Made by a program: the position numbers and the translations under genes | Part shown: in pieces, positions 49,661 to 60,092 of the stretch | Layout of the letters: each line of letters starts with the position of its first letter | Position numbering within the stretch: the first letter of the stretch is position 1 | Source: a virus | Length of the DNA stretch: 64,000 nt | IMG/VR virus record: IMGVR_UViG_3300015244_001866 | Coordinates: 1-64,000 of that record | Strand: one strand, 5' to 3' | Notes under the pieces: generated by a model | What the model was told of the DNA's origin: nothing | Database searches by the model: none | Seen by the model: the letters and a program-made list of their open reading frames with translations, nothing else

Positions 49661-52600
49661 ATGGCTGATTCAAACAGAAAAGGTGCGTTTTTATTATCTG
49701 ATGTACGTCAGCGAAGTCTTGACGGCTTTTGGGAAACAGTTCAAACAAACGCACAGTTTGGATGGGCCGCTGGCGGACAAACTAGCCCATCTCTGGCTAA
49801 CAGGATCAGTACTGTTGACCGTATAGATTTTGCCAATGATACTGTTACTGCCAGTATTCGAGGGCGTCTATCGGTGGGCCGAAGACAGCTAGCTGGAGTT
49901 AGCAATGCTAATTATGGTTGGTTTATTGGAGGTTTAACTCCAGCTCCTGCGGCCATTAGTCTTGTAGACCGTGTAGATTTTGCCAATGATAGTCCTACTT
50001 CAGCTACTACTCGAGGCCCGATAACTGCAACTACCTATGGTGGAAGCGCAGTAGGTAATCAGTATTTTGGTTGGCATGCAGGAGGGCTCACACCTACTAT
50101 AACATCTACGGTGACAAGAATAGCCTGGGCCAGTGACAGTCCCACAGCAGCCAGTGTTCGCGGACCTTTAAATCAAACATCCTATTCTCAGGCCGCAGTG
50201 TCTAATAATGTATATGGCTGGTGGGCTGGCGGATATGTTCCGGCAGCAACCAGTGTAGTGGGTCGTATCGATTTTAGCAATGATAGTCCCACAGCGGCCA
50301 CAGTCAGAGGTCCGTTGAGTCTAGTAAGAACACAACTAGCAGGCGCGGCCAATTCTAACTATGCCTGGTTTGCAGGGGGCCAACCTAGTCCCTATTCAAG
50401 AGTAGATAGAGTAGATTTTAGTAATGACACCCTAGTGGCAGTAGTTAGAGGAAACCTATCCACAGCCAAATACACACAGGCGGCCACTGGTAATCAAAAT
50501 TATGCTTGGTTTACTGGAGGTTATAATCCTGGAACTATTAGCACGGTAGACCGTATTGACTATAGTAATGACAGTCCTGCAAGTGCTAGTCCCCGTGGAT
50601 TCATTGCGACACGTAGTAGTCATGCCGCAGTAGCAGGTATAGCAAACCTACCGCAATATCCTACTCAGATGTCTCTGGGTACTAATCAACCACTAGCAGG
50701 ATATGGTTGGTTTGGTGGCGGGTACAATGCTGTTGGAGTTGTGTCTTATGTAGACCGTATAGACTTTTCCAACGATAGTCCTACTAGTGCTAGTCCTCGT
50801 ACAAATATTGATTTTCGGGCGTACATGGGCGCCACAGGCAATGCCAATTACGGATGGTTTGCTGGAGGTAGTCCTGGGCCGTTAAGCTCAGTAGCTCGTA
50901 TAGATTACTCTAATGACAGTCCTGCGGGTGCCAGCCCCCGCGGTCCGTTAAACTTTTCCCTCTTGCGTAGTGCTGCCACTGGCAATAGTAACTATGGGTG
51001 GTTTGCGAGTGGCAGGAATACACCCCTCACGCCTACCGCCGGATTTAGTCTTGTCGACCGTATAGATTACAGTAATGATAGTCCTACAAGTGCCAGTCCT
51101 CGTGGATTATTAAGTCAAGCTAGGTATGGATCAGCTGCCACAGGTAATGCTAATTATGGGTGGTGGGCTGGCGGATACGGGACACCGGTCCACAGTCAAA
51201 TAGAAAGAATTGACTTTAGTAATGATAGCCCTGCCGCATCAAGTTTAAGGGGTTTACAGCCTCAAGGATTGGGAGGTCAGGCTGCTACAAGTAACGCAAA
51301 TTACGGTTGGTTTGGCGGCGCCGGCTTAAACCCGGTAGGCGGGCCATTAAGTGTGGTAAATCGTATAGATTTTAGCAATGACAGCCCCACTGCCGCCAGT
51401 CCTCGAGGCCTATTAAGTGTAGCTAGGGGGTCGTTATCAGCCGCAGGTAATGCCAACTATGGATGGTTTAGTGGAGGTGGGCCGGGACCTACTGCTCCTT
51501 TTATTTCTAGTATTGTAGACCGTATAGATTACAGTAATGATAGTCCAACAAGCGCCAGTCCTCGTGGATTATTAAGTCAAGCTAGGACCGGGCTCGGAGG
51601 TACTTCAAACTACGTCAAGCCCAGTATTGGTCAAATTAAACTGGCTGATCCGTTTATTGGCGGTCTTACTGACGGTACCTATGGCTGGTTTGGCGGTGGT
51701 TACGCCGCAGGAGCTCCGTCGGTCATCTATAGCCGAATCGATCGTATTGATTTTTCAAATGATAGTCCTGCTACTGCTAGTGTTCGAGGAATATTAAATG
51801 TCCAACGAAGAGATCTTGCCGCTACAGGTAATGCCAACTATGGCTGGTTTGTAGCCGGCAGAGATCCAACATTCCGTTCTAGTATTGACCGCGTATCTTG
51901 GGCCAATGATAGTCCTACCAGTGCCAGTGCCCGTGGATTTTTAAGCTCAGAGAGAATACGCCATACAGGCACCGGTAATGCCAACTACGGCTGGTTTGCT
52001 GGCGGACAAACAAGTAGTCCAGGCGCCATTTCTACTGTAGATCGTATAGACTACGCTAATGATAGTCCTACTAATACTACTATCCGTGGTCCATTATCAA
52101 GTATTCGACTCTGGCCTATGGCTACCGCTAATGCCAATTATGGATGGTTTGGTGGCGGGTACAATGCCGCATTTTTTAGCCTAGTAGACCGCATAGATTT
52201 TTCAAACGATAGCCCCACTGCGGCTAGTCCTCGTGGCGTATTGAGTTCAGCTAGATATAAAATATCTGCAACCAGCAATGCCAACTACGGTTGGTTTGTT
52301 GGAGGAATTATCCTTGGCGGTAGTTTAGTTAGTACTGTAGATCGTATAGATTTTTCAAATGATTCGCCTACTTCCGCTAGCCCTCGAGGCCCACTAACCG
52401 CAATCAGATATCAACAGGCTGGTGCTGGAAATATAGGCTACGGCTGGCATGGGGGCGGATTCACTCCGGGCGGCAATCAAAGTTCGGTAGAACGAATAAA
52501 TTACTCTAATGATAGTCCTACATCCGCTAGTGTTCGAGGACCATTGAGTGTAAGTCGTTATTCGTTAGGTGCTTCTTCAAATTATGTTAAGTTACCACCG

Positions 52601-53545
52601 CAGATTAATGTTGCACAATATAACATAGGAACAGCTAGAGCAAGTACCGGTGCCGGTACATTTGGATGGTTCAGTGGCGGCGCTCCTGGTACATATTCAA
52701 ACGTAGATCGCATTGATTTTGCCAATGACACAGCGTCACCTAGTGCTCGAGGCAACTTGCCGTTTGGAATGTTTTTCCATGCTTCCGCAGGTAATGCTAA
52801 CTATGGATGGTTAGCATGTGGCAATAATCCCGCTAACAATAGTCTCGTACATCGAATAGATTACGCAAATGATAGTCCAACTAGTGCTAGCCCTCGCGGA
52901 CCGCTGACTGTTGGTAGATCTGTTCCTATTGCCACAGCCAATAGTAACTATGGATGGTTTGCTGGTGGCGTACCGGGACCATTAAGCACAGTAGACCGAA
53001 TAGATTTCGCCAACGACAGTCCTGTTATTTCTGGCATTCGTGGTCCGTTGTCCTTTGCTCGTGGATACTCTGCGGCAACAGGCAATGCTAATTACGCATG
53101 GTTCAACGGTGGCGAACTTAATATTTCTACCGTAGATCGAATAGATTACGCAAATGATAGTCCAACTAGTGCTAGCCCTCGCGGACCGTTAAGCAACTCA
53201 GTTAGTTATTCCGGCGCAGGCATAGGAAATGCCAACTATGGATGGTTTGCTGGTGGCCAAACGCCTGGTAATCCAGGAGGAAATGCTACTGTGAGTCGTA
53301 TAGATTTTGCCAACGACACCACTACTGGAACTGCACGGGGTCTGTTAGCTATTGCTAGATATCAATTAGCTGCCGCCGGTAATGCTAACTATGGATGGTT
53401 TGCCGCTGGAAGTAATACAGGAGCAGATTTTAGCCATGTAGATCGCATAGATTTTGCTAATGATAGTCCTACATCCTCTTCTCCACGTTCTGTATTACCG
53501 TTTGTTCGTCGTGGAGGTGCTGGCACATCAAACTATGTAGCATAA
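49661..53545 (+). CDS. Four-propeller Kelch-like repeat protein 2 (24 blades)
   Basis: Same repeat and linker architecture as 43604-47602. Confidence 0.82.
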   Translation: MADSNRKGAFLLSDVRQRSLDGFWETVQTNAQFGWAAGGQTSPSLANRISTVDRIDFANDTVTASIRGRLSVGRRQLAGVSNANYGWFIGGLTPAPAAISLVDRVDFANDSPTSATTRGPITATTYGGSAVGNQYFGWHAGGLTPTITSTVTRIAWASDSPTAASVRGPLNQTSYSQAAVSNNVYGWWAGGYVPAATSVVGRIDFSNDSPTAATVRGPLSLVRTQLAGAANSNYAWFAGGQPSPYSRVDRVDFSNDTLVAVVRGNLSTAKYTQAATGNQNYAWFTGGYNPGTISTVDRIDYSNDSPASASPRGFIATRSSHAAVAGIANLPQYPTQMSLGTNQPLAGYGWFGGGYNAVGVVSYVDRIDFSNDSPTSASPRTNIDFRAYMGATGNANYGWFAGGSPGPLSSVARIDYSNDSPAGASPRGPLNFSLLRSAATGNSNYGWFASGRNTPLTPTAGFSLVDRIDYSNDSPTSASPRGLLSQARYGSAATGNANYGWWAGGYGTPVHSQIERIDFSNDSPAASSLRGLQPQGLGGQAATSNANYGWFGGAGLNPVGGPLSVVNRIDFSNDSPTAASPRGLLSVARGSLSAAGNANYGWFSGGGPGPTAPFISSIVDRIDYSNDSPTSASPRGLLSQARTGLGGTSNYVKPSIGQIKLADPFIGGLTDGTYGWFGGGYAAGAPSVIYSRIDRIDFSNDSPATASVRGILNVQRRDLAATGNANYGWFVAGRDPTFRSSIDRVSWANDSPTSASARGFLSSERIRHTGTGNANYGWFAGGQTSSPGAISTVDRIDYANDSPTNTTIRGPLSSIRLWPMATANANYGWFGGGYNAAFFSLVDRIDFSNDSPTAASPRGVLSSARYKISATSNANYGWFVGGIILGGSLVSTVDRIDFSNDSPTSASPRGPLTAIRYQQAGAGNIGYGWHGGGFTPGGNQSSVERINYSNDSPTSASVRGPLSVSRYSLGASSNYVKLPPQINVAQYNIGTARASTGAGTFGWFSGGAPGTYSNVDRIDFANDTASPSARGNLPFGMFFHASAGNANYGWLACGNNPANNSLVHRIDYANDSPTSASPRGPLTVGRSVPIATANSNYGWFAGGVPGPLSTVDRIDFANDSPVISGIRGPLSFARGYSAATGNANYAWFNGGELNISTVDRIDYANDSPTSASPRGPLSNSVSYSGAGIGNANYGWFAGGQTPGNPGGNATVSRIDFANDTTTGTARGLLAIARYQLAAAGNANYGWFAAGSNTGADFSHVDRIDFANDSPTSSSPRSVLPFVRRGGAGTSNYVA

Positions 53546-53581
53546 TTTTTTGTCAGTATAATATCAGCATTAAATACCTAT

Positions 53582-54502
53582 ATGAAATCAGGCGCTACAG
53601 AAAGCAATTACGTTTATCTTTCTAAATATTTAGAATTTCCCAAAGAAGTTCATGTCAGTCATAGCCCACAAAAACTTGCTGTCAGCACTGCCCCTATTAA
53701 GATCATTTGGAGTCAGCACAGTTATGATCAACCATGTTATCTTAATTTTGATCATACCACGGTGGACTGTATAGTTTGTCCTAGCCAGTGGCTAAAACAG
53801 CAATTTGTAAAATATCATAAAATTCCAGAACATAAACTTGTGGTAATACCAAATGGGGTCAGTGACAAATTTAAATACAGCGAAAAGAAAACCAAAACTC
53901 TAATACACACCAGCATACCTTATAAAGGCCTGGCACTATTAACTAAAATATTTCCCTTGGTTAGACAGGCACACCCTGACTGCGAACTCAAGATATTTTC
54001 AAGCATGAGCCTCTACAGTGAAGTTACTGAAGATCCCTATGTTGAAGTTTATTCACAATTAATTAGGATGCCGGGTGTGCTGTATAATCCAGCGGTAGAC
54101 AGTGACCTCTTAGTTGAACACTATCAATCTTCGGCACTGTTTGTGCATCCAAACATTTGGGAAGAAACAGCCTGCGTTAGCCTAATGGAAGCACAGAGAT
54201 CAGGGTGCTATCCTATCCTCAGCGATATAGGAGCTCTTTCAGAAACCAGCGGAGAATTAGCCACGCTGGTGCCTATGGATGGAGTTCAAACCACAAGCGG
54301 GTGGCGAGTCACAGACCACTTTATAAATACCTTCGCACAGGCAGTTATTGATGCGTTGGATCATTTTGATAAAAATCGTAGTTTCTATGACGAAATATCA
54401 AGACAGTGTGCGCTACATGCCGCTCGCAATCATGATTGGTCTGTGGTAGCAGAACAATGGAAAAAATTATTAAGGAATCTAGATGAAAAAGTCAGACGTT
54501 AA
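53582..54502 (+). CDS. Glycosyltransferase, GT-B fold (GT4-like), leaderless
   Basis: IVCPSQW, VIPNG, HTSIPYKGL and EETACVSLMEA (E-X7-E), followed by GALSET. Confidence 0.88.
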   Translation: MKSGATESNYVYLSKYLEFPKEVHVSHSPQKLAVSTAPIKIIWSQHSYDQPCYLNFDHTTVDCIVCPSQWLKQQFVKYHKIPEHKLVVIPNGVSDKFKYSEKKTKTLIHTSIPYKGLALLTKIFPLVRQAHPDCELKIFSSMSLYSEVTEDPYVEVYSQLIRMPGVLYNPAVDSDLLVEHYQSSALFVHPNIWEETACVSLMEAQRSGCYPILSDIGALSETSGELATLVPMDGVQTTSGWRVTDHFINTFAQAVIDALDHFDKNRSFYDEISRQCALHAARNHDWSVVAEQWKKLLRNLDEKVRR

Positions 54503-55466
54503 AATTGTAACAGGCGAAGAAGCCATTAAAGAAGACAGCGGATATCTTGAACAGGTGTTCAAAGAAATCTACAAATGGGAAGAAGAAGACAAAGAACTTG
54601 CACAAGGTCGTTCAAATTTTCAAATTGAAAAATTCTTCTTACTAGATGCACATACAATACCGGCTGCGTTTCAAGCCGCACTGAAAAATCGTCGTGTTAT
54701 GGCAGAAGGATTTATGCAGAAGATTCTAGAAATGAAAGAAAAACAACGAGAGTTTGACTACAAGTGGAAAGGCAAAGATCCCAATGAACCGCAATTTTGG
54801 AAAACACATGGCCCAGGTGGCGGTGGCGAAAAACTCTGCTGGTATGATCTAGACAAACTACAGTTAGAAAACTATATCAAGACCAGTGAATTAGAAATTC
54901 GTGATCGAGTATATCAAATTGAGTTCTTAGATAAGATCCTAAATCGCTTGGTTGAAATTAACGGCGGCCCTATCAGCAGAGATCAATTCAACGAAGAAGA
55001 TCATATCTATTGGGAACGTCGATTTGCTGAGCAGGCCTTTGACAACATCATGCAGAGTCGTACGGGAATTGACCTAGGTACTATCCATAGTATGCGCCGT
55101 GCCACAGCACCTACACTGCTCGACGATGATATTAATCGTTGTAAAAATGGATTTCCGAGTCTCGGCGATGCCATGGATCCTGCACGTAACATGGATTTCC
55201 TTGTTGAACTACAGAAGAAAATTACTGACGGTTACGAGGAAATTACTGAAAAGAACATGGACGATGGCCTACCACATCAACGCAGTCGTCGTTACGAGCT
55301 AGACCATCAACAACGAGCACTGTTAGAACGTCAAAAACAAGAGTTGACCAACAATGATCGCGGCAGTAATGTACCTACAACACCTGCACAAGATGCACAT
55401 ACTCGAGCAGAAGGTTTTAAAAACAGTCTGTATAACAGTGACGCAGGAATGAAACTGTACAAGTAA
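54483..55466 (+). CDS. Hypothetical charged helical protein, possible assembly chaperone
   Basis: 327 aa, E/K-rich; GRSNFQIEKF and YWERRF; no catalytic motif recognised. Confidence 0.65.
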   Translation: MKKSDVKIVTGEEAIKEDSGYLEQVFKEIYKWEEEDKELAQGRSNFQIEKFFLLDAHTIPAAFQAALKNRRVMAEGFMQKILEMKEKQREFDYKWKGKDPNEPQFWKTHGPGGGGEKLCWYDLDKLQLENYIKTSELEIRDRVYQIEFLDKILNRLVEINGGPISRDQFNEEDHIYWERRFAEQAFDNIMQSRTGIDLGTIHSMRRATAPTLLDDDINRCKNGFPSLGDAMDPARNMDFLVELQKKITDGYEEITEKNMDDGLPHQRSRRYELDHQQRALLERQKQELTNNDRGSNVPTTPAQDAHTRAEGFKNSLYNSDAGMKLYK

Positions 55467-55467
55467 A

Positions 55468-56049
55468 ATGAAACAGAGACTAGTTTCAGCGGATCGTTTC
55501 TATGACGATCCGTATTCATTTAGAAAACAGGCATTGGCTGCAGAATACAGCGGCAATATTAGTACAGCATCGTATCTTACAGAAGAAGCCATGGCTAAAT
55601 TTAGTCATATGGCGCAGGCTAATTTAGAACCGGTAGCTGACTCACTGTCTGGACACTTTGTAAAAACATTAGCTGACACTGAGATTAAACCCGTAAATGC
55701 CATACCCTTAGCCGACTGGGTAGGCCTAGTATATCTCACACTGCCAACACAGGCAGAAGGCAGTCCTGCATTGAGTCTTTATACACACAAAAAAACAGGT
55801 TTAGAATCTGTACCCACTGATATAGAATTTAGACTGGGAAATTGGACCTGCTTAGATGAAATATTAGAAGGTTTTGTAGGTGTGGATGGACTAAATGAAT
55901 CTGCATGGACTACTTGGTACACCCTGTATCAACGATGGAATCGAGTTATATTGTTTGATGCTCGCTGCTGGCATCAAGAACTACAAGGATTTGGAGACAC
56001 TATAAATAACTGTAGATTATACCAGTTATTTTATCTAAGGAATAGATAA
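55468..56049 (+). CDS. DUF6445-like oxygenase paralog lacking the HxD motif
   Basis: Aligns by eye to 47639-48280 (DRFYDDP, DWVGLVYL, WNRVILF, WH, GFGD, RLYQLF), but HVD is replaced by NAI. Confidence 0.72.
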   Translation: MKQRLVSADRFYDDPYSFRKQALAAEYSGNISTASYLTEEAMAKFSHMAQANLEPVADSLSGHFVKTLADTEIKPVNAIPLADWVGLVYLTLPTQAEGSPALSLYTHKKTGLESVPTDIEFRLGNWTCLDEILEGFVGVDGLNESAWTTWYTLYQRWNRVILFDARCWHQELQGFGDTINNCRLYQLFYLRNR

Positions 56050-59000
56050 GTGTCATTAAACAACCCTCAGATTACCAGTTATAGAGATACATTTCTCTTA
56101 GATGCAACGCACTCTCGTAGATTAAACAACGATTGGCCTGATGGCAGTCCTTCAAACCCTGGAACTTATGGTTGGTTTGGGGGCGGATATGTTCCCGGGG
56201 CTTCTAGTACCGTGGATCGTATAGATTTTGCCAATGATAGTCCTACAAGTGCTAGCCCCCGCGGCCTGTTAAGTCAAGCTAGGGGATATATATCAGCCAC
56301 GGGTAACGCAAGCTACGGATGGTTTGCTGGTGGAACTGCTGCCCCTGGCTCAATCAGTACCGTAAACCGCATTGACTATAGTAATGATAGTCCTACAAGT
56401 GCTAGTGTTCGAGGACCATTATTAATAGCTCGTCATGCGTTAGCCGCTACAGGTAACGCAAATTATGGATGGTTTGGTGGTGGACAAATTCCCACTCCTA
56501 ACTTCATGGCAAGTAATGTAGAACGAATAGACTATAGTAACGATAGTCCTACAAGTGCCAGCCCTCGTGGATTTTTAAGTCTAGCCAGAACGGAGCCCGG
56601 GGCTACTAGTAATGCCAACTACGGATGGTGGGCTGGTGGCTGGTTTCCAGGCAGCCCGGCTACTTATACCACAATAGACCGTGTTGATTTTTCTAATGAC
56701 AGTCCTGCCTCTGCCAGTCCTCGAAATCCTTTATTATCTCAAACAAAACTCGGCACGGCGGGGTTTGGCAATGCTAACTTTGGATGGTTTGCTGGCGGCG
56801 ATGGCGGCGGACCGGTCTCGCCTGCCGCATCGTCATATGTTGATAGAATAGATTACAGTAATGATAGTTCTACTGCAGGGACCAGTATTCGGGGATCGTT
56901 AATAGTGGCCAGAAGCCGGGCAGCCGGTTCAGCAAATTCTGCATTCGGATGGGTAGGTGGCGGCTGGGTGCCGGGCTCGAGAAGTTGGGTTGAAAGAATT
57001 GATTTTGCCAATGATACAGTAAGTGCAACTACTAGGGGCCCGTTGAGCCAGACTCGATATGGGTTAGGCGGCACATCAAACTATGTTAAAACTGTTCCCA
57101 GCACACTGTATCCTACACAGAATTCTCTGGGTACTAATCAACCACTAGCAGGCTATGGTTGGATGGCCGGCGGACTAACTCCTACCGCTGTATCTAGTGT
57201 AGACCGTATTGATTTTGCCAATGATTCGCCTACCACCACCAGTTCTCGAGCACCGTTAAACAGAACACATAGAAGAGATGCAGCCGCTGTGAGCAACGGC
57301 AACTATGGTTGGTTTGGGGGAGGCTATGGGCCCGCCGCAAACAACAGTACTATTGACCGTGTTGATTTTGCCAACGACCTTGTTAATTCGCAAAATCGAG
57401 GATTATTAAACAACAGTAAAATTTATTCAGCAGCCACAGGTAATTCCAACTATGGTTGGTTCTTTGGCGGTGTTAATCCGGGCTCAACTCCTCAAAATGT
57501 CAGAATAGACCGTATAGACTACAGTAATGATCTAGTTCTTGCCAGCATACGCGGTGCGCTCCCTCCAATTACCGCGGCATGGCAACAAGGATCTGCAGGT
57601 AATGCCAACTACGGTTGGTTTGCTGGCGGCTATCAAGGTGTACCTCCGGCGACTCGAGTTGCCAGCATATATAGATATGATTATTCTAATGATAGCCCCA
57701 CCTCTGCCAGTCCCCGTGGCAGTTTGTCTTTAGCACGAACTTTACTTGCTGGTACCGGCAATGCCAACTATGGTTGGTTTGCTGGTGGAAATACCCCAGC
57801 GGCTCCTATAAATAAAAGTACCGTTGACCGTATAGACTATTCAAATGACACTGGAACTGCCAGCATCCGCGGACCTCTAACTGCGGCCAAAGGCTGGGTA
57901 ACGGCCACAGGCAATGCCAACTACGGATGGTGGTTTGGTGGCGCAGTCGGGTCAGCAATAAGCAATATAGACCGTATAGATTTTGCCAACGATTCGCCTA
58001 CAGCGGCCACAGCACGTGGTTTTCTAAGCAGTGCCAGATATAGAACTGCTGGTGCTGTATCCAACTATGTCGGGCCCAGTATTGGTCAAATTAAACTAGC
58101 TGAGCCGTTTATTGGCGGTCGTACTGACGGTACCTATGGCTGGTGGGCAGGTGGTACTGACGGTACCAATTCCCTAAGTACCATAGATCGCGTTGATTTT
58201 GCCAATGACAGTCCTACTGCCTCTAGTCCTCGTGGTATACTAACTCAAGTTCGAACAGCTATAGGATCTGCAAGTAATTCTAATTATGGGTGGTATGCCG
58301 GAGGCACCCTTCCTGCTCCATCAAGTTCTCGTGTAGATCGTATTGATTTTGCCAATGACAGTCCTACATCTGCCTCTATTCGCGGAGGATTATCAGTAGC
58401 AAGATTTGGATTAGCTGGCATAGGTACTGCCAATTATGGATGGTTTGGTGGTGGAAAACCCTCGGCTGCTGGTGGTACTAGTGTAGTAGACCGCGTGGAT
58501 TTTGCCAATGATAGTCCTACCACTGCCAGCGTTCGTGGACCACTAACTTCAACTAGATACTCTCTCTCTGGCACCAGCAATGCCAACTATGGATGGTGGG
58601 CAGGTGGCATGACATCAATTACAGCAATTACTACAGTTAATAGGCACGATTTTGCTAACGATACTATTACAGTCAGCACTCGAGGCCCATTAACTTCAGC
58701 GGCCTATATAATGGGCAGTGCAGGAAATCAAAATTATGGTTGGTTTGGTGGCGGGTACACCACTGTGCCAATAGCAACTGTACAACGTATCGATTTTGCC
58801 AACGATAGTCCTACTTCTGCCTCTACTAGAACATCATTGCCCGCCGCTCGACAAAACCTGTCAGCAGCCGGTACTAGTGCCTACGGCTGGTGGGCAGGCG
58901 GACAAAGAAATACTCCCACTCTATACTACAGTATAGTTACTCGTATTGACTTTGCCTCTGATACTACATTAACTGCTCGAGGAAATATTAGCACTCGAAC

Positions 59001-60057
59001 CGCAGGTGCGGCAACATCAAACTATGTTAAGTCACCGCCACAGATTAATATACCAACCTACTATAAAGGCAGTGGCAGTGTAGGCACACAAGGACCTCAA
59101 ATAGATAGCCTGTCCTTGACTCAATCTTATCCATACAATACCATAGGTACTTATGGTTGGTTTGGTGGTGGAATTGCCCCACCCGTGGCAGCATCTCTTG
59201 GAACAATTGATAGGATAGATTTTTCAAACGACAGCCCAACGGCAGCTACCGTTAGAGGCGCATTAACTACAACAAGGGTAAACCTTTCAGCCGTAAGTAA
59301 TACTAATTACGGGTGGTGGGGTGGAGGGTACACTGTGCCACTAGCTTATTTGAGTTCAGTAGAAAGAATTGATTTTTCAAATGACAGTCCTACTTCAGCA
59401 AGCCCAAGAGGTCCACTGGCAGTTATTTCTGTATCTGGCGCAGCCACAGGAAATGCAAATTATGGATGGTGGGCAGGCGGCATTACTCCTACTGTAACTT
59501 CAAATGTTCAAAGAATTAATTATGCTAATGACAGCCCCACTTCAGCGGATCTAAGAAACCCGCTGGATACAAATTTAAATGGTGCCGGGGCAGTATCAAA
59601 TAGCAATTACGGATGGTTTGGTGGGGGCAGTACAGTTAATACGCCTAGTTCACCAATTAGTTCTATTAGGAGAATTGATTTCAGCAATGATAGTTCCTGT
59701 AGGGTTAGAGGATCATTAAGTGCAGTCAAAATAGCGCCAAGTCATGCAGGCAACTCAAATTATGGATGGTTTATGGGATCCATCGTACCCGCATCATGTA
59801 CATCGACTGTTGAGCGAATTGACTATAGTAATGACCTTGTATCGACATCAATAAGAGGCACATTGCCCGCAGTCACGGGATCAGGCGGAGGAACTGGAAA
59901 TTCAAACTATGGATGGAATGGTGGTGGTGGCGCCACCGCCGTCGTCACAGTATATAGAATAGATTACAGTAATGATAGTCCTACGGCGGCTTCGACTAGG
60001 GGTGGGCTAAGTCAAGCTAGGATACATTTAAGAGCAGTTTCAAACTATGTAAGATAA
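56050..60057 (+). CDS. Four-propeller Kelch-like repeat protein 3 (24 blades)
   Basis: GTG start abutting the upstream stop codon; same architecture as the other two. Confidence 0.82.
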   Translation: MSLNNPQITSYRDTFLLDATHSRRLNNDWPDGSPSNPGTYGWFGGGYVPGASSTVDRIDFANDSPTSASPRGLLSQARGYISATGNASYGWFAGGTAAPGSISTVNRIDYSNDSPTSASVRGPLLIARHALAATGNANYGWFGGGQIPTPNFMASNVERIDYSNDSPTSASPRGFLSLARTEPGATSNANYGWWAGGWFPGSPATYTTIDRVDFSNDSPASASPRNPLLSQTKLGTAGFGNANFGWFAGGDGGGPVSPAASSYVDRIDYSNDSSTAGTSIRGSLIVARSRAAGSANSAFGWVGGGWVPGSRSWVERIDFANDTVSATTRGPLSQTRYGLGGTSNYVKTVPSTLYPTQNSLGTNQPLAGYGWMAGGLTPTAVSSVDRIDFANDSPTTTSSRAPLNRTHRRDAAAVSNGNYGWFGGGYGPAANNSTIDRVDFANDLVNSQNRGLLNNSKIYSAATGNSNYGWFFGGVNPGSTPQNVRIDRIDYSNDLVLASIRGALPPITAAWQQGSAGNANYGWFAGGYQGVPPATRVASIYRYDYSNDSPTSASPRGSLSLARTLLAGTGNANYGWFAGGNTPAAPINKSTVDRIDYSNDTGTASIRGPLTAAKGWVTATGNANYGWWFGGAVGSAISNIDRIDFANDSPTAATARGFLSSARYRTAGAVSNYVGPSIGQIKLAEPFIGGRTDGTYGWWAGGTDGTNSLSTIDRVDFANDSPTASSPRGILTQVRTAIGSASNSNYGWYAGGTLPAPSSSRVDRIDFANDSPTSASIRGGLSVARFGLAGIGTANYGWFGGGKPSAAGGTSVVDRVDFANDSPTTASVRGPLTSTRYSLSGTSNANYGWWAGGMTSITAITTVNRHDFANDTITVSTRGPLTSAAYIMGSAGNQNYGWFGGGYTTVPIATVQRIDFANDSPTSASTRTSLPAARQNLSAAGTSAYGWWAGGQRNTPTLYYSIVTRIDFASDTTLTARGNISTRTAGAATSNYVKSPPQINIPTYYKGSGSVGTQGPQIDSLSLTQSYPYNTIGTYGWFGGGIAPPVAASLGTIDRIDFSNDSPTAATVRGALTTTRVNLSAVSNTNYGWWGGGYTVPLAYLSSVERIDFSNDSPTSASPRGPLAVISVSGAATGNANYGWWAGGITPTVTSNVQRINYANDSPTSADLRNPLDTNLNGAGAVSNSNYGWFGGGSTVNTPSSPISSIRRIDFSNDSSCRVRGSLSAVKIAPSHAGNSNYGWFMGSIVPASCTSTVERIDYSNDLVSTSIRGTLPAVTGSGGGTGNSNYGWNGGGGATAVVTVYRIDYSNDSPTAASTRGGLSQARIHLRAVSNYVR

Positions 60058-60092
60058 TTTTTATCACTGATAGTTCATCATTAAATAGCACT

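Noticed and set aside
43604-60057. Diversity-generating retroelement acting on the repeats
   Set aside because: No reverse transcriptase in the window, and I found no template/variable repeat pair differing only at adenines.
30033-60057. CRISPR-like arrays suggested by periodic DNA repeats
   Set aside because: The repeats are in-frame protein-coding units with synonymous variation; there is no repeat-spacer structure and no cas gene.
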